NCBI GenBank assembly: GCA_024704765.1
Contig: JAKMXF010000313.1
Coordinates: forward strand, 150,675-214,674
Reading direction: 5' to 3'
DNA length: 64,000 bases
DNA from: Oopsacas minuta
Lineage: Eukaryota; Animalia; Porifera
The notes beneath the pieces are model-generated. The model made no database searches. It was not told where the DNA came from and saw nothing but the letters and a program-made list of their open reading frames with translations. Below, piece by piece: positions 26,976 through 38,651 of this stretch (within the stretch, counting starts at the first letter, position 1; each line of letters opens with the position of its first letter). A program made the position numbers and the translations under genes.

Positions 26976-29267
26976 ATGGACCCATCACCACCACCTCCAC
27001 TCCCTTTTCGGAATTCTAGAACAAAATTATCTTCTGATAAGTTTCCTTACCCTAACCCGCCTCCCCTCCCTTCTCACTCTACTTCGTCTGATGTACCGAT
27101 GTATTATTCCTCATGCGACATACAGACTGACTTCCCACCAATCCCTCCTGCCCCTATTACTGAAATCGAAATAGCTCAGTATCATCAGAAGCACAATTCG
27201 AGGAGCTCTGTTGCTCTTTCGGGGAAAGATTCTCGATTACAATCAGCTGTAAACAATGTTACTGGGCCTCTCAGACTTGGAAAACATCCCAAAAAGAACA
27301 GAGAAGACTTCACACAATCTTGTAAGAATCCCCCTAATAATGAGGTGCAGATACTGTTTGGGGAAGATCAGATTACTTACTCATTCGAAGAGGACAGGCG
27401 TACCCCTCAGAAATCTCCCTGTAAGCAAGAGGTTTTGCCATATAAGAAACAGGATATAATTACAGAACCAATGATTTATCAAGCAGAAACACACAATACC
27501 TTATCTCCTTCAGCCAGTTCTCCTCAACCACAATCCTCTCATAAATATTCTTCTACTCTTCAACAAGATGAATTTAATGTCTGCTCCCCGCCCAATGACC
27601 TGCTAGCCGCATGTCTGAACGAGCTGTCTACCCTTCAAGGGTTCTCTCCTAAACAATCAGAGACAGATTCTAATAGCAGTAATTTCAGCTTACAAGAATT
27701 GTCACAGCTAAAATCACCTTCTATGTCTAAAATAGAATCTAATTCTTCTCTTGACACCTCAATGAAGTGTGATGATCTCGGAATAGAAGATCTAGACGCT
27801 CTAATTGCAGATCTAGACGAGATGACACAAGCCATCCAAACAGATTCTGAGCCCAGTATTCTACCTTCAAATCCTCCTCCGATAATATCTCCTAAACCTA
27901 TTCTTAAACCTGAGGTAGTCAGCTGTGAGGATAATGCAGCGAATTGCACACCAGAGTATGTCCAACCTTTCAATCAACCTTCTAATCTCTGTCAGACAGA
28001 AGCTGTACACTCTCCTGCGGCACAGATTACCCAGTCAGTAGCTCTAGACTCCAAACAAGCTAAGATATCGTTAGCTTTATCCAAACTAAAGCGGGCTAAT
28101 CAGAAGAGAGTAGTTCTTAAGATCTACGACATTAACATGTCTTATAAAATGGTAGTTATTGACGAAAATATGATTTCACGATGTGTGTGTACTGTTATGG
28201 CTGAGAAAAATCATCAGACTCCTGGTCCTAATTGGTGTCTGGTCGAACTGCTCGGAGCACTGGGATTAGAAAGAACCATTGAAGATCACGAAAAGGTGCT
28301 TGATGTGCTCTCTCATTGGCCTAGACAACACAACAATGTAATAATGTTCAAGAATATTTCTGACAAATATTTACTTTTGAAAAAACCTCAGTTATTTATG
28401 CCATCCATCCACCCATTAGCAAGTGAAAACGAGTCTAAATTTGATGATGCCACTCGTCGTAGAATTCTGATCAAAGAATTATTCTACGATAAAACTCTCC
28501 CTCCAATAGCTAATGTAGTTAATATTAAAATAGGCAAGAAAGGGTCATGGAGGAAAATATACTGTGTGCTACGTACATCTGGTCTCTATTATTCAAAGTC
28601 TAAAAGAGCTTCTACCAAAGACCTTGTTAATCTAGTTACTTGGAAGAATGTAGGATTATATAGAGGACAGAGATATGGAGAATTGTATAAGTCTCCTGAA
28701 AAATTCTGTTGCTCCCTGATTCCAGCGGGTCCTCTTGACCAAACCGAGAAATCCATAGTCCATCTATCTTTCTCCAATAAACAACGTTTGGATTCCTGGA
28801 TAGCTTGCATTTCTCTTGCCAAATATTCAATTCAATTATTCAATAATTACCTACAGAACTTTGAATTGTATCCATGGCTTGAAAATGGCGGAGAATTAAC
28901 TAATCCTGAATCAGACCCAGCTGTCACACCTCGGTCCCAAGAGTCAGCACTCACTAGTGAAGAAAAACAGATGCTGCATAATGAATTGCAGATGACTAGC
29001 TTAACTAACCCACTGATTGACTCATTAGATGTATTGGATGAAAAGAAATCCAAATTCAACCAAAGTTTTGACTCTGAAATGAGAGATTCAATAAAGAAGA
29101 GTTCTAAAATCGCTGCTACTTTCAGTAATGCCTGGGTTGCAGGAGATTCAACACTTCCACCTCGTACCGCCTCTATAGATCGTAGTGAGGATAATTCAAT
29201 CGACAGACAACAACCGTTCTCTTACACTCAAAGTATTCCTGCTCATTCCAAATTCACACTTGTTTAG
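26976..29267 (+). CDS. MRL-family (RIAM/lamellipodin-like) Ras-association + PH domain adaptor, single exon
   Basis: 763 aa. Pro-rich N-terminus, coiled coil KISLALSKLKRA, RA domain (WCLVE...LERTIEDHE...W), PH domain (SWRKIYCVLRTSGLYYSKS; WIACISLAKY). No SH2 domain seen. Confidence 0.85.
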   Translation: MDPSPPPPLPFRNSRTKLSSDKFPYPNPPPLPSHSTSSDVPMYYSSCDIQTDFPPIPPAPITEIEIAQYHQKHNSRSSVALSGKDSRLQSAVNNVTGPLRLGKHPKKNREDFTQSCKNPPNNEVQILFGEDQITYSFEEDRRTPQKSPCKQEVLPYKKQDIITEPMIYQAETHNTLSPSASSPQPQSSHKYSSTLQQDEFNVCSPPNDLLAACLNELSTLQGFSPKQSETDSNSSNFSLQELSQLKSPSMSKIESNSSLDTSMKCDDLGIEDLDALIADLDEMTQAIQTDSEPSILPSNPPPIISPKPILKPEVVSCEDNAANCTPEYVQPFNQPSNLCQTEAVHSPAAQITQSVALDSKQAKISLALSKLKRANQKRVVLKIYDINMSYKMVVIDENMISRCVCTVMAEKNHQTPGPNWCLVELLGALGLERTIEDHEKVLDVLSHWPRQHNNVIMFKNISDKYLLLKKPQLFMPSIHPLASENESKFDDATRRRILIKELFYDKTLPPIANVVNIKIGKKGSWRKIYCVLRTSGLYYSKSKRASTKDLVNLVTWKNVGLYRGQRYGELYKSPEKFCCSLIPAGPLDQTEKSIVHLSFSNKQRLDSWIACISLAKYSIQLFNNYLQNFELYPWLENGGELTNPESDPAVTPRSQESALTSEEKQMLHNELQMTSLTNPLIDSLDVLDEKKSKFNQSFDSEMRDSIKKSSKIAATFSNAWVAGDSTLPPRTASIDRSEDNSIDRQQPFSYTQSIPAHSKFTLV

Positions 29268-30205
29268 ATTTAATTCTATCCGCATATTTCCTCTCCTTCA
29301 TGCAGTAGTTAGAAGATATCTTTCATTGCGTCACTTATTCTAATGAACACTAAAATATGTTATGTATTCTGTCACTTTCTCTGATAAATAAATAAGTTTT
29401 GTGTATGCTATGTTATGAATAAAAGTTGACTTGAAGATTATTTTATCTGATTTTGTTCTACCATATTTGCTAGGATACTGTGACCTACTTTATATGCAAG
29501 GTTACAACCGAATAGTTCAATTTTCGGCTACCAAACGAATATCAGTATTCAGTTAGGTTGCTATTCATGAATGCTGATATTCAGTTTGATCGGTTTAAAC
29601 CTTGGTTATATGTATATAATGTTATCAATCAATACGTAATTACACTTTCTGGTTAAAAATGTATTATTTTCGATAATCAAATTGTAGTGTCCTTCTGAAT
29701 AAGCCCGGTTTCTCGAACGAATTTCTATTTCCCCTCTTGCTGACTTCTGTATCTAACATTAGTTATCTCGAACAGATCGTAGACAGATACTTGCATCTAT
29801 ACTGGATTATGATAATCACAATTTCTGCAAAAATTAACCCCGAGGTACGTAGAGCCGAGTATATCCCGTCGCGTAGCGACCCAAAATCACTGGCAAATGT
29901 AGCTATTTTATACTTATGCTAAAACAAGGGACATAAGTTCAAGGATACTTCTGCCCATCGCCCAGCGACCTAGCAAACGAACCGCGCTAGTATCCACAAA
30001 GTAACAATGCTCGTTACGTTACTGCCAGGAGGGGAATACCCTCCCTGATTGTTCCTCAGTCGGGGGTAAGACCTCCTAGCAAAACCAGGGGGCAAACCCT
30101 CCTAACACCCTTCCGCGGCTTTGCTATACTGTATAGATTATCAAACATCTTCACTAAATCTGTTATGTTTTCGAAGACATAGAGTATTTGATATCTAGTT
30201 AGAAC

Positions 30206-32125
30206 ATGTCTGTAGCAACCAGAAACCCTAGAGCACACATTAAGGTTTCTGATGGACGCTGTGGGACTCCGGATCCTAACCTCCGACTTCCGCTCCGGCC
30301 GCACTCTGAGTCAGAGAGCAAAGAGTCTGGATACAGCAGCAACCCAGAGAGTCAGTTCAACAATACTGACACCTCTTCTCAGAGCAAACAGTTGACGGTA
30401 AAACGCATACATAGTCGTGTCCGCTCTACTGGACACACACTTCTGCCTCGCTGTAACGACCTATCCACCAGCATGGCAGCAGATTATAAGATATTCCTAC
30501 GTCTCAATCTTCCCTCGAACAGCTGTCCTTCCAATTACAAGAATAGGCCCTCCTCTCATCCAGTCCCTGTCCTCTCCCACGCAATCTCTGAGTGTAGCTA
30601 CACACAAAGACTCCCTTCAACAGAGCCACACACCCCCACAGGATATCTGTCTCCAGGACCACCCAGCGACACTACATCTGTACCTCAACAAAAGGTAAAA
30701 TCTATCCCAGCAACAGTAATAACTAACACATTGGAAGAGCTAAGAGATGAATCTACTGACAGAGATAACTATTTGAGTGGATTCAGTTCTCTAGATGAAG
30801 AGAATCTGCATTTCTCTCTGTCAGAAGCTGTCCTGATATGTGTTGAAGAGTTGTTTGCTGAGTCCCACCAGAATCTGTGGGATGAAGCTGAGGGACCACT
30901 GGTAATTGAAGATGACGAGGTTGTACAAGATATGAAGAGTATGCTATCTCTCTACCAGCGGATGCCTCACCTCTCTTTCTCAATCCCGTCCGCTATTCCT
31001 ACCGAAATAGCTCCTTTCAGTGAATCTCCTCTCAGCTTAGATGAGAGACCAGTGACAAATTCTCCAATATCTGATTGCCACCTACCGAATGGGGCCAGAA
31101 CTATCGGATCAAATTGGGACAGTCTCTCTCTCCAGCTGCCCTCTAGTTCTGCGGACCTTCTCTCTCAGACCATCCTAAAGCGTGCTGTCGTCAATAATGT
31201 TCTAGGATCTCTGGATTGGCTTGTAGATCGTACAGAGGCGCCTCAAAGTCTCTTGCCGCTGCCACACCGTCTCCTCTCGGAGCACGCTTCATCTAAACCT
31301 TTCCCTTCCCCCAGAGCTCCTGTCCACATCACTCACGGCTCTACTCGTCTCAGAGGCAACTATCAATGGGCGCCCCCTCGTCCTCAGATTCTATTCAGCA
31401 TCCAGCCTACTCCATCTCTTGACCAAGCAATGCTGCAACAAAGCTTCTTGTGTGCAGGTTGTGGTATGCACATAGAACGGTCTTTCTACAAAAGTCTCAA
31501 TCTATGTCATTACTATAACAAGTACTTTTGTCAGACCTGTATGGCTCAACGCCCTATTTGTATTCCTGCTTACATCCTCAATTCCTGGGATTTCAAACGA
31601 TACTCTGTGTCCAGCATAGCTTCCAATTTGCTTAATAGAATTGCTACAGAGCCGCTATTTAATGTTATTGTTATAAACCACGGATTGTATAAACGAGTTA
31701 AAACGCTGCATAAGGTCTATCTTAAGCGTTTCCAGCTATGCCACATGTTTCACTACATCCATTCTTGTAAGAAAGCTGGCAAGTTCGTGTCTATGTTCGA
31801 TACTCATACGTACTGGGCTACAGACATACATCTCTACTCTTTGGCAGATCTCTATCAGCTACGTGACGGTATGCTCCTACAGGCCCTGGACAGGCTTGCA
31901 GTGGATTGTCGTAATCATATAATTAATTGTTTCAGTTGCAGAGGGAAGGGGTTTATCTGTGAGTACTGCAGACACTCAGAACCTGTCTTCCCTTTCGACC
32001 TGTTTACTGTTACTCGATGTAAAGAGTGTAGAGCTTGTTATCATTGCCGCTGCTACAACTACAACACCTGTCCTAAGTGTATCAGACTCCTGCATCGCTC
32101 CTCGGTTACTGAGCCTATCTCATAG
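30206..32125 (+). CDS. Rubicon/Pacer-like autophagy regulator with C-terminal Rubicon-homology zinc-binding domain
   Basis: 639 aa. LDEENLHFSLSEAV, LDWLV..EAPQSLLPLP, QWAPPRPQILF and the RH domain (CAGCG, CHYYNKYFCQTC, WDF, C..KGFICEYC, CPKCIR). Confidence 0.85.
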   Translation: MSVATRNPRAHIKVSDGRCGTPDPNLRLPLRPHSESESKESGYSSNPESQFNNTDTSSQSKQLTVKRIHSRVRSTGHTLLPRCNDLSTSMAADYKIFLRLNLPSNSCPSNYKNRPSSHPVPVLSHAISECSYTQRLPSTEPHTPTGYLSPGPPSDTTSVPQQKVKSIPATVITNTLEELRDESTDRDNYLSGFSSLDEENLHFSLSEAVLICVEELFAESHQNLWDEAEGPLVIEDDEVVQDMKSMLSLYQRMPHLSFSIPSAIPTEIAPFSESPLSLDERPVTNSPISDCHLPNGARTIGSNWDSLSLQLPSSSADLLSQTILKRAVVNNVLGSLDWLVDRTEAPQSLLPLPHRLLSEHASSKPFPSPRAPVHITHGSTRLRGNYQWAPPRPQILFSIQPTPSLDQAMLQQSFLCAGCGMHIERSFYKSLNLCHYYNKYFCQTCMAQRPICIPAYILNSWDFKRYSVSSIASNLLNRIATEPLFNVIVINHGLYKRVKTLHKVYLKRFQLCHMFHYIHSCKKAGKFVSMFDTHTYWATDIHLYSLADLYQLRDGMLLQALDRLAVDCRNHIINCFSCRGKGFICEYCRHSEPVFPFDLFTVTRCKECRACYHCRCYNYNTCPKCIRLLHRSSVTEPIS

Positions 32126-33585
32126 CAGTAGTTTTATACGAACTCTATTGAAGAAATTGTTGTACAATTTATGTGTAGTAATTATTAGTTCTCATCTGTA
32201 TACAGTTTTATTTATGTTGGGACTAATGCTTAGTAAATTTATTGTCTAATACAAGTATATATTTTATAATCAAATTATGATGATTAGGTTAAAACACACA
32301 ATCTATACTATTGAAATTATCATATTTCTGATGCTTGCAAAAATCATTTATTTGATCTTCTAATTGACATATTTCTAATGCCTGAATTTTTGATTCCTGT
32401 TGATAAATATACGTAGAATATTATTTTCCATTCCGGAAGTTAATGTAGAGAGAGGCCAGTCATCTTAGTGGCTGATGTAGGCAAGACCAACTCAAAATTT
32501 GTCATAATAGATAGGGTTAGGGGCGTAGCCATGTTGGCGCCACCTACTATTTAATACAGTCAGCTTTGTTTATGGACATTCAAGGTACCGAAAATTTAAT
32601 TAGCAATAGACTTGGGTGGTAAAACCCAAAATGGCTCCACCTCACTTCCGGATTCTATCTCGGGAGGTTTATTGATATCCATTAAACCCGGCTGACTATA
32701 TCTCATTATATTCATCCTAGTTATGATCTACTACGTATTTAATTTAAGATGTTTATTTCTAGGCAATTACCCACAGCCCCCAACCCAAATAAGTCACCCG
32801 TAAAACAAAGTTCACATCCAACTCTGAACCCGTTTATGTTCAGATCTATATGCAAGATGATAACATTATAATAATCATTAAGTTTGAACCCTTTGATACG
32901 TTATTTATCGTATTGCTGTATCAGTGTTTTCCCCAAAGAAGTTAAATGACGCAATTTTGGGCTTCCATCATTCACCGAACGGAACTGACAAGTTTCTGTT
33001 GAAGAAATTTCAAATTTATCGTTTGTGCACATTTCTTGTGTATCACAGAATTATGACGTTTGTCAAGCATTTGTTATCAACTTTTACGTTGGTGTGGTAA
33101 TCAATATTCTTAATTTTTGGTAGCGAAATCTATAAAGTTTCTAATAATACCTCATGAACAACTTTTTCATTCTATTCGCGATTTCCAAAGAAGATCGATA
33201 TTAGAGAGGGAAAGTTTCTAGGTGGAATTGCTTTAATGTTGTACAAATGGTTCAACGTGAAATGTCATAACAAATGCTTGACAACTCTTGTTCTACACTA
33301 TTCTGTGATTTCAAGGTTAACTATGTGTCAAGCGACTAATGTGAAATTTCTTCAAGAAAAACATGTCCGTTTCGTAAATGAGGAAAGCCAGCAATTTACC
33401 AATCTAGGCGCGTTAAGATGTGGATTATATGGGGATTAAGGAGTAATCCGGCATATGCTTCATACTTCAAAGCCAGCTCTCAAGCCAAATTATAAGCCCT
33501 TCACAAATGTGCTGTGGGAATAGGGAAACATTGTATAGTGATTACCATTTCCCCAAGCAAAACGAGAACTTATGTACTAGTTTAA

Positions 33586-34110
33586 TCTATATGATTAAAT
33601 CTCAATTGTTGTCTGTCTGTTTGTCTGTTTGTTTATTCATTGTCAAGGAAAGTATTTACGGTATGCAATTTTGAAATTGTCGCATGACTATGTATTTACC
33701 GCGAATATCAAGGAAGTAAATAGAATTCAATAAACTTCACTAAATATATCGGACATGCTGAATCCGATTTTCACACTTTTGGATTGATCATATGTAAATT
33801 TATTGTTGTTCTTATGAATTTAAAGTATAAAAATTTGCCAAATCTCAAAATGTACATACAGGCGTGCTCTAAACGGCTACACAAAATCTCAAAATTTACG
33901 TAGGTATTTGCCCTCAACGGCTACAAGGGAGTTGATTTTACAAAATAATTCAATGACACATGCCATATACGTATATTTGTGAATTACATTGTTTGTTATA
34001 TATATATATTATAATACTCAAAGGGGCCGTCAATTTGGAGAATAATGGATACCTCGAGGGTCGAGGCGCAATACGCCAAGTTCATCGCGAACCGACGAGC
34101 CAAAGCCTCA
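33586..34110 (+). mobile_element. Non-autonomous Helitron-like element, longest copy
   Basis: A|TC start, ctgt microsatellite, internal duplication of aaatctcaaaat..., 3' gacgagccaaagcctca|T. Confidence 0.65.
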
Positions 34111-35420
34111 TAAATAAATAAATTCCCATGCCGCTGGAAGGTTACAACGGTTAGATAACGGAGTTCCCGGAGGAATGCAAGGCCTGTACCGAACCAGGGA
34201 GCGACACTTAACAAATAATACCCGAATGCTCTTGAAGGGACCCACAGATGACCTAGGAGAAATGGCAGCCACCGATACACCCATGAGCCCCCCCACCCGA
34301 AAGCTGGTTAAATTAACATTCCAGGTCCAGGTGTGAAATTTAACCCTCACTTGTAACCGAAGGAGGCTGCCACTGAAGTCGTTTCAGAAGACACACATGA
34401 GCAGTGGAACAAGCCCACCTGGGCAGAAGCGGTTGGTGCTTAGCGAACCAGCGTCACACACGCGACCCTCTGACACCAAACCCTCAGGTCCACCACCCAA
34501 GGCACCCACTGAAAGACCTCTAAGCTAAGGGAAAACCCCAGAGCCCCAGACCCAACTAACAAGAACCAAACAAACGTAGCGGTTCACTTGAACTGGAGGA
34601 AACCAAACGAGGTAACTCCATGATGCACGACATACCCAAAAGTACTGCACGCCGTACCATGGATACATCGATGGAGACACACCATATACCCAGGGTTACG
34701 CCCTTTTTCGACAGGAGGGATCTGAAGATCTTCCCTTGACGGGAGCTAGTAGTAGCGGAAGATTAACGTTACTCCTATACAGCTGCACTAGGGATATGAG
34801 TTCTAGTACAAGTTGCATACTGACAGTAAACTAATACCAAATCAGTATACCGCTGGCAAGGCTAGAACTAGAGTAGAAATCCATGACTCTAACCTTTATG
34901 CTACCCTGGCAGCATACCTCAGGTGCTCGCTTACTACTTATAAGTTAACACACGCAATTGGCCTAAAATTTGAAATTCATTGTGCGAATTGTTGTCTTCT
35001 TGAGTCTCAACTATTAATACTTTCCCTAAGCCTTGCAGTATATATCTTAATGCTGATATCATGAATGCATTTTCTAGTATATTATTTATTGCCTCTAAAG
35101 CATACATGCACTAGAATAATATAATAAGAATATCTACTCAAATCGTTCAGTAAAGAGAATTTGTAATACTAATGATATCTGTCTTGGCGAGAGAAAATAG
35201 AAATAGAGCTAGAGATGGGGAGAGAGAGAGAGAGAAAGATAACGTACTAGGTGTTGAGAGTAGCTAATAAACGACAATAGAACTAGTGTAGACGTGATGA
35301 CAATTTGCTAGATTGATAAACGAATTAGATTATAGCTGTAGAGTAGTAGTAGGACGCTCAATTGAATATTACTAGAGACTAGATCTACGATGCTTTAGAG
35401 GCAAGTGAGTTAGTATGGAG

Positions 35421-36734
35421 CTAATTCTCTACTGAAGTAGTCTCCGGGGTCAACTCTTGTAATGGTTGTGCTTCCTTTGGTATAGAGGTTGCTTCAATTT
35501 CTTCGTAATCTTGTTCCCCATTCCCAGGTCCAGTCTCCCCATTGACTTGTAGCCCTGCTAAATCTTCGGCCAGTTTATTCATATTATGCTCAGAAGATAC
35601 TGGAGAGATAGCATCAGCTTCTTTCTCCTCTCGTTCATCTTTGTCTCTCTTAGGTCTTCTCCGTTGGTAGTTAGGTCTGCGAGGACCCCGCTGACCGCGA
35701 TTTTCTCTGCCCCCTCTGCTCCTCTCCCTATCTACTCCTTCCCTATCTCTATCTCTAGGGTTCATTCCTCGCTCCCTTTCCCGATTATCTCTATCACTAT
35801 CAGAACGAGTATTTCTCCTCCTACGGTTATCTCTGTCCATATCTCTATCTCTGTCACGGTCTCTGTCTCTCTCATGATCTTCCCTGTCTCTGTCTCTGTC
35901 CCTATCCCTGTCCCCGTCTACTTGTTTGTTTCGTCGCGAGTAGAAACTCCTAGCCGGCCTGAATCCGGGGTCGTTATAGCTGTTCGGCCCGTATCTTTCC
36001 CAATACGAACCATCTCGGTCCCTGTACGGGTCCCTGTAGTAGTCAGGCTCTATATATGCTCGCTCTCTGTAAGGAGGCTCTCCGTACTCCCGGTATCCGT
36101 TGCGTGGAGGGTAGCTCCGGTATTCCCGGAAATTCATAACACGGGACCCTTGACGTGGCGGATTTCTAGGAGGAGCCCTGTAGTCGACTGGAGGCTGTGG
36201 GACAGGTCCCGCTCGGGGAGGAGGGGGAGGACCAGTTCCTCTGGTACGAGTTTGGTAATTCTTCACTCGGCCTTGTCTACCCATTATTCTACCTTTGTAG
36301 TCTCCTTTGTTGCGGGCGTATTCGCTTCCCAAAACCGAAATTAATTCAGGACCGGTCACTTCAGCTGCCTCGGGACCTTTGACTCCTCTGATAACAATAT
36401 ACTCTACGTCTTCTCCTTCTCGTACGCTGCGCTCAGATTTCGCAGGATTATTGTGTATTATTGCAGTCTGATGGATAAATATATCATTGCCCCCGTCCCT
36501 CTTGATAAACCCATAACCTGCTTTCACATTGAACCATTTGACAATACCTCGTTCTCTGGGTAGATTAGATATTTCATCAGCTGATAAGGCTACTTTAGGG
36601 TCAGGTGTATCTGTGTTGACGTTGTCATCACTCCGAGTCTCTGTCTCTGTAGCAGGCTCAATACAAGTTTCAGTTTCTTCTGGTTGAGAGATAGTTTCCT
36701 CTACTTTTGGTTCGTCCACATAATCGGATGCCAT
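35421..36734 (-). CDS. Y-box cold-shock domain protein with RD-rich tail
   Basis: 437 aa. GIVKWFNVKAGYGFIKR...DIFIHQTAI...SVREGEDVEY...KGPEAAEVTGP is the YBX-type CSD. A probable 5'-UTR intron lies at 36748-36809. Confidence 0.9.
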   Translation of the reverse strand: MASDYVDEPKVEETISQPEETETCIEPATETETRSDDNVNTDTPDPKVALSADEISNLPRERGIVKWFNVKAGYGFIKRDGGNDIFIHQTAIIHNNPAKSERSVREGEDVEYIVIRGVKGPEAAEVTGPELISVLGSEYARNKGDYKGRIMGRQGRVKNYQTRTRGTGPPPPPRAGPVPQPPVDYRAPPRNPPRQGSRVMNFREYRSYPPRNGYREYGEPPYRERAYIEPDYYRDPYRDRDGSYWERYGPNSYNDPGFRPARSFYSRRNKQVDGDRDRDRDRDREDHERDRDRDRDRDMDRDNRRRRNTRSDSDRDNRERERGMNPRDRDREGVDRERSRGGRENRGQRGPRRPNYQRRRPKRDKDEREEKEADAISPVSSEHNMNKLAEDLAGLQVNGETGPGNGEQDYEEIEATSIPKEAQPLQELTPETTSVEN

Positions 36735-38651
36735 GTGGATTTAGTGGACTGTAGATTTAATATTATGTTTGATTCTCTGGTAGTTAGGATGGCTGAGGTA
36801 TGATGTTACCTGAAGTTGTCCGATTGATGATATCGTAGAATTTCTAACTTATTCTTCTGATCCCTCAATTCTACTTCAGTCTTATCTCAAACATATTTAT
36901 CTAATTCTTCTATGCATATTCTTCTAGAACTGAATCCTATGGTTTCTCTGTGCGCAAGACTGAATAATTCTCGTTTCAATGCTTCGCTTCCATGGAAACC
37001 AGATTCGTTTAGTTTGGCACTTTGATATTAGCGCTTATTACTTTCTAGGGTACAATTCACTATTATTGAATACTCGTAGCTAAAATTAGACATAGACTAA
37101 TTACATAAGTTGCTTAAACTTCACTATTTCCAAAGCTTTTTTCACTGAATAAAGATTAACTTACGTAGATCAACCAAATAATTAATATTTTTGACATTTG
37201 GGCTAAAATACTTCTACTGCTAGGTTTCTAGCACGATCAATAGTACAGGCAGATATTCACAATTTGCTACAGCCATTTTGCACTATTTCGGACTACATAT
37301 TTTGGATTTTGGGTATAAACTATAAAGTATATTCATCAAAATTGATGAGCTATTTCTAAGGTTTTGAAAGATTGATGACCTAAAGATACAGCTCTTCAAA
37401 AGTATTTTAGGCTAAACTTTGAGATGCAGCGGTCCGGTCCGCTTTTTCTCAAGTGCGGTCTGGAGCTGGACCGGTTCATCAGTCTGGACTGATTCATAAT
37501 CCTCGATCGGACAAACGAGCACACACGTAAATTATACAAAGTTGAATAGGATAAAATATAAATCACCGCATGTACTGACGAAATTTCATTAAATAAATTG
37601 TATTAGGTTTGATAATTTATAATTTTCCACTAAATGATTAAATCAGCAAAGAATATTTGATATATTATTGTATGTAAATAATCGAGTTAGACATTCAAAG
37701 TGTCAGAATCGATTTCTACTCGCCTGTTTATCACTAATTAGCTGGTGGAAGTTAATCTCTAGGACAATTATGAAATATTTCCCAAAGGTTTGAAAATATG
37801 TTTAAATTCTGTGTGAAATTGTGTGTATATAAAATTTATATATATATATATAGGGGAGACAAATACTAATATAGAAAGTCAGCCATTTAATGCTGAGCCA
37901 ATATACAAATTTCCAGCTTTTCGGACATGTATTGAGGCTAATGTTCCGCCAAACTTGCCAAAAACCTTAGTGCGGCTGAACACTAATTGACCAGGTTTAT
38001 GCTTTCGGTCCGGTCCGGTCCGGTCCATGAAATTCCCGGACGGCTGGGACACTAATCTAACCCCAATCTATGGTATCTAATAGTAGTCAAGTAACCATAA
38101 CAATTGTTATTTGGGTTGTGTAAGTGCACGTACACTAGAGTATTGGTGCGCAGTTACTTAAATACATGTAAAGGTTGTAGTGTAGAAGCAAGACACGCAC
38201 TCCAATCTTGCTTCTATGCTGCAACCTATACATTATTTAATTAACGGTTGCCACTTCATCATCCATGTGCGATAGTCCCCTGCAGATTTATTTGGGTGGC
38301 GAATTTACGTCTTCGCCACCCAATATTTATGTATAAACATGGAAAATTATATGTATATACTCAGTGTCGCATAGTAGCACCAATACTACTTGGTTGGATT
38401 AAATTAGGAACACCACAAAAGGAAGGGCGAAAGTGATACGATAGGAAGGGGGAACAAGTGCCCGGAGGCCCCTAGCCGGGCCCCGTCAGAATTAAATACA
38501 GAGGCCCCTTACGACATGATAATATACAAGTATGGTATATTAATAATATTATATTCTGATATCATTATCCATATAGCATGAAATAATCATTGATAACGTG
38601 CTTTATACAGTTCAATACACAATAGGTGTTGTTTTGTGTTAAAGATGTGAT

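Noticed and set aside
35586-36344. 252-aa plus-strand ORF
   Set aside because: Antisense shadow of the repetitive Y-box coding sequence (SVSVSL from RD repeats); no independent domain.
37990-38030. (GGTCC)n and other short repeats as CRISPR-like arrays
   Set aside because: No constant repeat with unique regular spacers and no cas genes; eukaryotic MITE internal repeats.
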